Shown piece by piece: positions 52,548-64,000 of a DNA stretch of 64,000 bases (positions within the stretch are counted from its first letter, which is position 1; every line of letters starts with the position of its first letter). The position numbers were made by a program, and so were the translations under genes. The notes beneath the pieces were generated by a model, which saw nothing but the letters and a program-made list of their open reading frames with translations, searched no databases and was not told where the DNA came from. Source of the DNA: Eledone cirrhosa (Eukaryota); the NCBI GenBank assembly GCA_964016885.1, contig OZ024749.1:36580001-36644000 (forward strand), read 5' to 3'.

Positions 52548-54274
52548 TATATATATGTATTGGCAGTATCGGTAGAGGGTCTGATGCCATGCTTTGCAGC
52601 AAAGAGTTGCGGCCCTTTACGGTCTGAGTTCAAATCCTGCTGAGGTTAACTTTGCCTTTCATCCTTACGGGGGTCGATAAAATAAAGTACCAGTAATGCA
52701 CTGTGATAATTGTCGGCCTTGTGCCAAAGGTAGAAATAATTATATATGTAATAGGTATGTATATGTCTGTATGTATATATATGGATGCATATATATATGT
52801 GTGTGTATGTGTATGCATATATAAATGTGTATGTATGTATATATGTGTGTATATATATATAAATACATACACACACATATATATATATACTTACACACAT
52901 ATACAGGATGCAATTGTGGAAAAATGGATCTAAAAATGATGATGACTGGATGTTTTCAATGCTAGAAAAAGCAATCACTGAAACTTCGAAGTCACTGCCA
53001 AATTATTCTTCAGAATATATATTTAATGGTCCAAGTTTTCCCATCTTATTAGGCATTTTTTTATTGTCAAAAACTTGCATTGAAGCAGTTAGCTTTAAAT
53101 AAACCATATCTCTCTCTCTCTATATATATATATATGTATATACACACAAATAGATGTTATGACTATCACTCATATATATATATATATATACATACATACA
53201 CCTACCTACCTATGTGTCTCATAAACTAGCAGTTTCATTAAAAAAAATGAGATTGATAAAAATTTGTAGCAGACTTGGATTGATATGATTGATTAAATTT
53301 CTTCAAGACTGTGCCCCAGGATGGCCTCAGTCTAATGAGTGAAATGCATGAAAGAATTTTAAAAAAATATTTACACAGTGAAATAGGGCTGTCTAACTGA
53401 AATGCTGTCAACAGACACTGTGTGTTAAGACTGTATATGAAAGGTCCTTCTGCAGGGATTACAGATGATAGATTCCTTGAGTAAGGACCACAACTGCAAG
53501 GTCCATTATATAGGGACCACAAATGATAGGTACCTTTTATAGAGACCTTGTTTATATGTTAACTGTCAACAGACACCTTGAGGATTTAGAAGTGAAAAGG
53601 TACCTTATGCTGTGTACCTGTGTAGGGCTCCTGTCCTATCATGGAAAGCAATGTTAAATGAAGTGTCTTGCTCGCTACACAACACAGTACCTTGTCCCAG
53701 AATTGAACCTACAACATTATACTTGTGAGTCAAACACCCTAACCACTAGGCCACAAGACCTTGTTTATAAATTAAATGCCAAGAATTTGATGTAGATAGT
53801 ATTGAGACATTATAAACATGGATTTGCTGTAAAAACTGAGAAATGAATGAAGTCCACCTATTCTTGTTTTGTCTGGTAACAGAACATATGATGATGGGGG
53901 TGGGGTGCAGAGTTGGTTAACGTGTGTGTATGTGTAGGTGTCATTTAGTCCTAACAGAAGCAGACAGTAAAGGTTTAATATTACTCAGGTACATCCAGCA
54001 TTGAATGATGACAATTGCTGCCCTAAACACCTATCTGTAAAGCCTTCAAAAGAGGTGTTGCAGGGGTTGGGTAAGAGGATAAAACTGTTCTCAGGGCCCC
54101 ATGAGAATTCATACAAAATTCAAGGGTATCACATTCCTTAAATCTGTTGTTACCATCTTTCTAATGAAAGGCACTGTGCTCTATGGTTTTCTAATAATTT
54201 TTAATATAATCAAATTTGTGGAATGATTTAGTAATATAACTTTCTCATTATCAAGCCTGTGTTTAGAACAGAAC

Positions 54275-54562
54275 CTAACCCTTTAGCATTTAAACTGACC
54301 ATATCTGGCCAGAATTTTCTCACCTCTTTCTGTTCAAACCAGCCATAACTGACCACTCTTACTGATGTTAAGGTATTGTTCTCAAAATAAATTATATCAA
54401 AATCTCATAGATTCAATATTATGCGAGATATTAGGTGAGATAAAGCCTTTACCACGAAAATACATAGATTTGATATTGTGTGAGATAATTATGTGATGTA
54501 AAGCCTTTTAACACAAAAAATACAATAGTAAATAGAGAGTAATGTAAACACTAAAGGGTTAA
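54275..54562. mobile_element. piggyBac-like MITE nested in an older element (~54140-54785)
   Basis: ctaa-ccctttagcattta...taaacactaaaggg-ttaa. The host sequence resembles 36210-36800 and 6630-7005. Confidence 0.7.
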
Positions 54563-55254
54563 GGTATCACAAAATTATGATTGAAGGTTCTTAAATAAAT
54601 ATAAACACTTTAATATAAACAATTTTGTTTCACAGAAACAGGGAAGGTTTCAGGTGGTTTGGTACTATAACATAAGGCTCTTACATAACACTATGATGGA
54701 AAGATTTTACATAAATATAAGCATTTCAAAATAAGCAGTTTTGCACCATAGAACCAAGGGTGGTTTGTTATCAAAAGGGCTAACACATCTTTAACAGTAT
54801 TTACTGTTATTTTGATAACCCATTGCTGTCTACAACTGTTTCAACTAACTGACACACACACACGCACACGCACGCACACAAATACACAAATATAGATATA
54901 CATCACAAGTACACATGTACACACACATTTGCTCATTATTTAAATTTATTCTTATTTGCTTGCCTTTGTTTGGTATCATTTTTATTACTTTTTAAAATGT
55001 TTAATTTATTTTTTGTTTAACCCTTTCATTACCATATTTCTAATAAAAGACACTGTTTATAGTTTTGAAAATATTTTCAAAATAATTAAAGGTTCATGTG
55101 AAGTTTCCTTAATGTCACATGTATTGATGCCACAGATGACAAGTACCTCTGTGGGTGCCAGGGTTCAATGATATCTACTATCATGGGTTCATAGCAGCAG
55201 TAGTTTGTATTCAAATGTTTCTCTGCTTATTGGAGTCACTAAGTATCATATTAT

Positions 55255-56215
55255 CCACTACTAACATCAGGTAACTAATATATTCACCTGTTGGTTAATG
55301 TGTCTTATTATTTTCTAACACCAGGTAACTAGTGCTCACCTGTGGGTTAAGGTATCATAATAATTACCACTAACACAAGGTAACTAGTACATTCACCTGT
55401 TAGTTAAGGCATTTTATGATTTAGTACTAACATCAGGTAACTAGTACTCACCTGTGGGTTAAGGTATCAATAATTACCACTAACACAAGGTAACTAGTAC
55501 ATTCACCTGTTAGTTAAGGTATTTTATTATTTAGTACTAACATCAGGTAACTAGTACTCACCTGTGGGTTAAGGTATCAATAATTACCACTAACACCAAG
55601 TAACGAGTACATTCACCTGTTAGTTAAGGTATTTTATTATTTAGTACTAACATCAGGTAACTAGTACTCACCTGTGGGTTAAGGTATCAATAATTACCAC
55701 TAACACAAGGTAACTAGTACATTCACCTGTTAGTTAAGGTATTTTATTATTTAGTACTAACATCAGGTAACTAGTACTCACCTGTGGGTTAAGGTATCAA
55801 TAATTACCACTAACACAAGGTAACTAGTACATTCACCTGTTAGTTAAGGTATTTTATTATTTAGTACTAACATCAGGTAACTAGTACTCACCTGTGGGTT
55901 AAGGTATCAATAATTACCACTAACACCAAGTAACGAGTACATTCACCTGTTAGTTAAGGTATTTTATTATTTAGTACTAACATCAGGTAACTAGTACTCA
56001 CCTGTGGGTTAAGGTATCAATAATTACCACTAACACCAAGTAACGAGTACATTCACCTGTTAGTTAAGGTATTTTATTATTTAGTACTAGCACCAGGCAA
56101 CTAGTATGTCTACTTGTTGGTTAAGGTATCATATTTAATACTAACATTAGTTAACTAGTATGTTTACCTGTTAATTACTATTAACACCAGGCAACTAGTA
56201 CATTCACCTGTTGGT
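55255..56215. repeat. 110-bp dimeric minisatellite (two ~55-bp monomers)
   Basis: ctagtactcacctgtgggtt recurs every 110 bp (55441, 55551, 55661...). Both monomers contain actaac..aggtaactagtac..cacctgt. Confidence 0.95.
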
Positions 56216-56928
56216 TACAATTTAAACTGGAATTCATTTATTATTTTTTTGTTGCATTAATTATGGTTGTGGATTGACAGTATCAGTAGAGGGTCTGACA
56301 CCATGCTTTGCAACGTGGAGTTACGGCCCTTTGCGGTCTGAGTTCAAATCCCGCCGAGGTTAACTTTGCCTTTCATCCTTACGGGGTCGATAAAATAAAG
56401 TACCACTAATGCACTGGGGTAATTGCTGGCCTTGTGCCAATAGTAGAAACAATTATTATAGGGTGGTGGATTGGCAGTATTAGTGGAGGGTCGAACGCCA
56501 TGCTCTGTGGCATAGTTACGACCCTTTACAGTCTGAGTTCAAATCCTGCCGAGGTTAGCTTTGCTTTTCATCCTTACGGGGTCATTGAAATAAAATACCA
56601 GTAACACACTGAGGTCGATTTAATCGACTTTCCCCACCCCACAAAATTGTTGGCCTTGTGCCAAAATCAAAAACCATTATTATTAGTGTTTATTTCCATC
56701 TCACTAAAAGTTCCTGCTCCACTGTGTATTAGCACCCTCTACCACTCCCCCCCCCCCCCCCCACACCCACACCACCACTACCACCAGCTTTCTCCTCTCT
56801 TTAGATTTAGTTTGCCATTCTCCTCAGTTCTGCTTCTTTTGATATGTTGGGTTTAATATATTCTTCATTACAACATGTCCATATTTTTTCCTGAAATTTG
56901 TCTTTCTTTCTCTCTCTCTCTCTCTTCA

Positions 56929-57780
<852 letters not shown>

Positions 57781-58388
57781 TAGATAGTTGTGCTGTATAT
57801 ATGTGCATGTATGTGTGTGCGTAAATATACGTGGTTTGGGAATGTTTGCACTCCAAATGCAATTGCATGCACTGACACAAACACACGTTATATACACATT
57901 ATATATAAATATATATAAGTATTATACATACATATATATACACACACAAACACACATGTATGTAGACATGCCAAATTGTATTAATTTATCTCAATCACTT
58001 TTCTTCGTTAGTTTCTGTGTTTTGGGAAATGTTTTAATTACAAGTCTTAATTCTGTGTTAATTACATAATTAACACAATTTCGAAATTTATTATTTTATT
58101 AAAATATATATTTTTTATTTAATTATATTTTTTCATTTTACTTCATTTTTTTTTTTTTTTTTTTTTTTTTCTCACCTTTTTTTCCTCAATCTCTCTGAAT
58201 TTTCTTTCACTCAGTATTTCTTCAAATGTTGGAATGCAATACTTACACGTCCATATATGCCCATCACCCCTCATAAACACACAATGTGTATATGTGTATA
58301 TGTGTATGTGTATATATATATATATATATACACACAAATTTATATGTATATATATATATGTATGTGTATATATATATGTGTGTATGTG

Positions 58389-58419
<31 letters not shown>

Positions 58420-58749
58420 GTATATATATTCAATGTTATATGAATGTTCATTCGTAGTTTAGACTGCTGTGCTACCTATTCTTATCAATATTGTTATCAT
58501 TGTTTATTATTATTTTTTTTATGTAATTGGCAGAATCAGTAGAGCAACGGACGAAATGCTTTGCAAGCATTTAGTTACGGACCTTTAGGTTCTGATTTCA
58601 AATCCCTTTGAGGTCAATTTTGTATTTCATCTTTCTGTGATTGATAAAGTAAAGTACCAGTCATGTACTGGGGTCAATTTAATCGACTTTATCCCCCCCC
58701 CTCCAAATTACTGGCCTTGTGCCTAAAGTAGGAATCATTATTATAAGTA

Positions 58750-58788
<39 letters not shown>

Positions 58789-59057
58789 GGTGTTCATTGA
58801 CTTAAGATGAGAAATATTCTTGTCCTTTCTTCTATCAAGGCCTTTCCATGATATCTTTTAATTCAGAATTGTTATTACTATATTATTTTTATTATTATTA
58901 TTATCATCATCATCATCATTATCATCATCATCAGTCCTATTTTTATTGTGTGCTGTCACTAATTATTGAGCACAGCTGCGTGTGCCTCGAGTATGTGCAG
59001 TTTTGTTTTTGGTGTTGTTCTTTCCATTGTATTGAAAGTACTTCTTTGCTGTTATTA

Positions 59058-59088
<31 letters not shown>

Positions 59089-59332
59089 CATCATCATCAT
59101 CATCATCATCATTATTATTATCCATCATTATTACTGTTATTATTATTACTGCCTTTATTTCTCAACAAGCTGCCAATTATTTCCATATTTGCCTCAAGTC
59201 CCTCTAGTATCAAACATAAAATAATGATGCTATCAACTTTGTTTATTATGGAGTGCATGTCTTTCTTATACTTGGATGAAATTTTGATGTCACTCAATTT
59301 TTTTCCCCATTTCTTTATATTTCTTATCAAAG

Positions 59333-59350
59333 ACTTCTCACTAGGAATCG
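59333..59350 (+). CDS. dlg1: candidate 18-nt dlg1 microexon ((D/H)FSLGI) with internal alternative acceptor giving a 6-nt form (59345-59350)
   Basis: Pyrimidine tract, then ttcttatcaaag|ACTTCTCACTAG'GAATCG|gtaaat. Both lengths are multiples of 3 and stop-free in phase 1. Confidence 0.45.
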
Positions 59351-59534
59351 GTAAATAACTCATATAAATATATTATTTGTTATAGTTTATATGAAATATT
59401 GTGAGATATGTGTTAAAGAATGTATTAGGAAAGCTGGTACAGTGTGAATAAGTAATATAAAAGAATGACAAAGCAATTTTTATTTCATAATATTTCAAGG
59501 TTATATATAACCTTTTCAATGAAATATCACAAAA

Positions 59535-59825
59535 TCATCATCATCATCGTTTTTAAGTTTTCCACACATGGATTAGACAGGTCCTTCTCAGCATGGCATC
59601 TCTCCACTTGTCGTGACCCTTTGTCTTCTCCTCTGTGAGTTTCAGTGATTTGAGGTCAGCTCTCACCTCTGCCCAGGTCTTTCTTGGTCTACCTCTACTA
59701 CCTCTACTGGCAATTCCTGACACTTCTTCACCCAACAATCATTGTCCATGTAAATATCACATGTCCATACCAAAGCAGTCTTCTCTCCTGCACACCACCT
59801 CGGATTCTTCTTAAACCCAGGTTCT
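59535..59825 (-). mobile_element. RTE-clade LINE 3' fragment
   Basis: GSRGRPRKTWAEVRADLKSLKLTEEKTKGHDKWRDAML, (gat)n tail. Confidence 0.8.
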
Positions 59826-60400
59826 TCCCTCTACTCAGAGTAAAAATACTGTTGAGTTTTGTCATTCTTATTTTATCCAATTCTAGTTCCATCTTTATAT
59901 TTCCTATTCTATTTGCACTGGCTTGTCCAATACTTTCTTTATTACATATTATTATCTGTCATTAACAGCGACTCTTTACTTTAAAGTTTCACCAAACTCA
60001 TTGGCTTTGTTCTGGTTTGGAAAGCTGGTAACTTGGGACAAAACTTCAAAGTCAGGTCACTATTAATAACAAACACCATATTGGCTCTATACACAGTATT
60101 TCAATCCTGCATTCAGTGCATGTTTAGTGTGTTTGTTACCAAAACCCATGAAACGAGTATTTATACCTATCTATCTGTCCATCTGTTATATATATATATA
60201 TATATGCACACACGTATGTTTGGGTTTACAATCAGGACGAAAATGTGCTCAACACGAAAATAGAGAATATCATATATATATATATTATATTATTGAGATT
60301 ACTGTCTGTTAATAAATAATCTGCAAAACTCCGAATAGCAACAGTGTGTTATTGTTATCTTAGTAGTATGCATGTATATATATATATATATATATACATA

Positions 60401-60452
<52 letters not shown>

Positions 60453-60734
60453 TATAACCATGTCAAGACCAGATGTAAAAGCACACAAGAAAATATATAT
60501 TTTATCGAAATTCAATAAAACTATAAAGAGAAAAATGTCCACACAATTTAATTAGTTTTTCATCTTACCATGATTAAATTAATTTAGTTTTGTTTTTGAT
60601 TAATTAATTAGCAATCTAATATTCATTTCTAATGTTAGTTTCACACTTTGTATCAAAGTATGTTTGTCTGTCTGTCTCTGAGTGCGTGATTTCACCAAAA
60701 CTCTACCTGGATTTTTTCATTGCATGTCTCATAG

Positions 60735-60755
60735 GTCCTCCTGAGAAGAAACCAG
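60735..60755 (+). CDS. dlg1: candidate 21-nt dlg1 microexon ((G/R)PPEKKP)
   Basis: ttttttcattgcatgtctcatag|GTCCTCCTGAGAAGAAACCAG|gtaacc. Phase 1-1, purine-rich ESE-like GAGAAGAA. Confidence 0.65.
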
Positions 60756-61057
60756 GTAACCCAAATGTTTAACTGTGATTGTGTGATGTTGTGGCTGTCA
60801 TGCTCATCATTTTTCTGCCATATTTATTACTACCATCTCTCCTGTGATGTTGTGGCTATCATGCTCTCATCTTTTTTTTGCCATATTTGTTACTATCATC
60901 ATCATCATCATCTCTCCTGTGATGTTGTGGCTGTCATGCTCATCTTTTTCTGCCATATTTGTTGTCATCATCAGCATCATCATCATCACTTATGTTTTCT
61001 CACTAAAAATTCATTCAACTGTAACACTTTTAGAACTTGACTTTATCTCTCCTGTTT

Positions 61058-63658
61058 GACCACTGCCAGTCTGTGGTGTGTGACCACTGCCAGTCTGTGG
61101 TGTGTGACCACTGCCAGTCTGTGGTGTGTGACCACTGCCAGTCTGTGCTGTGTGACCACTGCCAGTCTGTGGTGTGTGACCACTGCCAGTCTGTAGTGTG
61201 TGACCACTGCCAGTCTGTGTTGTGTGTGACCACTGCCAGTCTGTGGTGTGTGACCACTGCCAGTCTGTGGTGTGTGACCACTGCCAGTCTGTGTTGTGTG
61301 ACCACTGCCAGTCTGTGGTGTGTGACCACTGCCAGTCTGTAGTGTGTGACCACTGCCAGTCTGTGGTGTGTGACCACTGCCAGTCTGTGCTGTGTGACCA
61401 CTGCCAGTCTGTGGTGTGTGACCACTGCCAGTCTGTGTTGTGTGTGACCACTGCCAGTCTGTGTTGTGTGTGACCACTGCCAGTCTGTGGTGTGTGACCA
61501 CTGCCAGTCTGTGGTGTGTGACCACTGCCAGTCTGTGGTGTGTGACCACTGCCAGTCTGTGCTGTGTGACCACTGCCAGTCTGTGCTGTGTGACCACTGC
61601 CAGTCTGTGCTGTGTGACCACTGCCAGTCTGTGGTGTGTGACCACTGCCAGTCTGTGTTGTGTGACCACTGCCAGTCTGTGCTGTGTGACCACTGCCAGT
61701 CTGTGCTGTGTGACCACTGCCAGTCTGTGCTGTGTGACCACTGCCAGTCTGTGTTGTGTGTGACCACTGCCAGTCTGTGCTGTGTGACCACTGCCAGTCT
61801 GTGTTGTGTGTGACCACTGCCAGTCTGTGGTGTGTGACCACTGCCAGTCTGGGTTGTGTGACCACTGCCAGTCTGTGGTGTGTGACCACTGCCAGTCTGT
61901 GTTGTGTGACCACTGCCAGTCTGTGCTGTGTGACCACTGCCAGTCTGTGGTGTGTGACCACTGCCAGTCTGTGTTGTGTGACCACTGCCAGTCTGTGCTG
62001 TGTGACCACTGCCAGTCTGTGGTGTGTGACCACTGCCAGTCTGTGCTGTGTGACCACTGCCAGTCTGTGCTGTGTGACCACTGCCAGTCTGTGCTGTGTG
62101 ACCACTGCCAGTCTGTGTTGTGTGACCACTGCCAGTCTGTGGTGTGTGACCACTGCCAGTCTGTGTTGTGTGACCACTGCCAGTCTGTGCTGTGTGACCA
62201 CTGCCAGTCTGTGGTGTGTGACCACTGCCAGTCTGTGTTGTGTGTGACCACTGCCAGTCTGTGCTGTGTGACCACTGCCAGTCTGTGCTGTGTGACCACT
62301 GCCAGTCTGTGTTGTGTGTGACCACTGCCAGTCTGTGTTGTGTGACCACTGCCAGTCTGGGTTGTGTGACCACTGCCAGTCTGTGGTGTGTGACCACTGC
62401 CAGTCTGTGTTGTGTGACCACTGCCAGTCTGTGCTGTGTGACCACTGCCAGTCTGTGGTGTGTGACCACTGCCAGTCTGTGCTGTGTGTGACCACTGCCA
62501 GTCTGTGCTGTGTGACCACTGCCAGTCTGTGCTGTGTGACCACTGCCAGTCTGTGCTGTGTGACCACTGCCAGTCTGTGGTGTGTGACCACTGCCAGTCT
62601 GTGCTGTGTGACCACTGCCAGTCTGTGCTGTGTGACCACTGCCAGTCTGTGCTGTGTGACCACTGCCAGTCTGTGCTGTGTGACCACTGCCAGTCTGTGC
62701 TGTGTGACCACTGCCAGTCTGTGGTGTGTGACCACTGCCAGTCTGTGTTGTGTGACCACTGCCAGTCTGTGCTGTGTGACCACTGCCAGTCTGTGCTGTG
62801 TGACCACTGCCAGTCTGTGCTGTGTGACCACTGCCAGTCTGTGCTGTGTGACCACTGCCAGTCTGTGTTGTGTGTGACCACTGCCAGTCTGTGCTGTGTG
62901 ACCACTGCCAGTCTGTGCTGTGTGACCACTGCCAGTCTGTGCTGTGTGACCACTGCCAGTCTGTGTTGTGTGACCACTGCCAGTCTGTGGTGTGTGACCA
63001 CTGCCAGTCTGTAGTGTGTGACCACTGCCAGTCTGTAGTGTGTGACCACTGCCAGTCTGTGTTGTGTGACCACTGCCAGTCTGTGCTGTGTGACCACTGC
63101 CAGTCTGTGTTGTGTGACCACTGCCAGTCTGTGCTGTGTGACCACTGCCAGTCTGTGTTGTGTGACCACTGCCAGTCTGTGCTGTGTGACCACTGCCAGT
63201 CTGTGTTGTGTGACCACTGCCAGTCTGTGCTGTGTGACCACTGCCAGTCTGTGGTGTGTGACCACTGCCAGTCTGTGTTGTGTGACCACTGCCAGTCTGT
63301 GCTGTGTGACCACTGCCAGTCTGTGCTGTGTGACCACTGCCAGTCTGTGCTGTGTGACCACTGCCAGTCTGTAGTGTGTGACCACTGCCAGTCTGTGCTG
63401 TGTGACCACTGCCAGTCTGTAGTGTGTGACCACTGCCAGTCTGTAGTGTGTGACCACTGCCAGTCTGTAGTGTGTGACCACTGCCAGTCTGTAGTGTGTG
63501 ACCACTGCCAGTCTGTAGTGTGTGACCACTGCCAGTCTGTGTTGTGTGTGACCACTGCCAGTCTGTGCTGTGTGACCACTGCCAGTCTGTGCTGTGTGAC
63601 CACTGCCAGTCTGTGCTGTGTGACCACTGCCAGTCTGTGGTGTGTGACCACTGCCAGT
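61058..63658. repeat. 24-bp minisatellite (occasional 26-bp units), >100 copies
   Basis: Unit gaccactgccagtctgtg(g/c/t)tgtgt. Confidence 0.97.
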
Positions 63659-63730
63659 CCTCCACCCATCTATCTCATGACATTGTCACATGTACAGTTG
63701 AATGAATTTTCTGTGTCTCTGCTCTATCTA

Positions 63731-64000
63731 ACAACTGTTGTGAGCTCTATGTTGTTTGTATATATCTGACAACTGTTGTGAGCTCTATGTTGTTTGTATA
63801 TATCTGACAACTGTTGTGAGGTCTATGTTGTTGGTATGTATCTGGCAGCTGTTGTGAGGTTTATGTTGTTGGTATGTATCTGACAGTTGTTGTGAGGTCT
63901 ATGTTGTTGGTATGTATCTGACAGCTGTTGTGAGGTCTATGTTGTTGGTATGTATCTGACAGTTGTTGTGAGGTCTATGTTGTTGGTATGTATCTGACAG
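63731..64000. repeat. 38-bp tandem repeat running off the window end
   Basis: Unit aca(a/g)ctgttgtgag(c/g)tctatgttgtt(t/g)gtat(a/g)tatctg. Confidence 0.9.

Noticed and set aside
52945-53020. - strand CUGAAGA...GAAA, also CUGAUGA on the - strand near 45044
   Set aside because: No paired stems I-III around the core, so not called hammerheads
61011-63769. 800-900-aa ORFs in all three - frames and CxxC-like (CDHCQSV) ORFs on the + strand
   Set aside because: 24-bp minisatellite with frequent 2-bp frameshifting variants; not a metal-binding protein

Overview
Eukaryotic, very repeat-rich animal DNA. The SINE and microsatellite landscape looks octopod (cephalopod); this is recognition from memory and needs a database check. 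The only real protein-coding signal is part of a + strand discs large (dlg1/SAP97-type MAGUK) gene: four clean GT-AG exons (24467-24569, 44782-44958, 45213-45276, 47512-47620) encoding the PDZ3-SH3 linker, the SH3 domain and the HOOK/I3 segment. Four candidate frame-preserving phase-1 microexons (3, 21, 18 or 6, and 21 nt) follow; the PDZ and GUK exons lie outside the window. Nearly all ORF-track ORFs are translations of micro- or minisatellites. The introns hold tRNA-derived SINEs, RTE and CR1 LINE fragments, piggyBac-, mariner- and pogo-like MITEs, and large minisatellites, several visibly born from TE segments. The most unusual signal is about ten type-I hammerhead ribozyme motifs of several families, carried by short fold-back elements that mostly sit in (TA)n tracts (Penelope-like/retrozyme-like). 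Four of them cluster on the sense strand within 1.3 kb at 19.5-20.7 kb.
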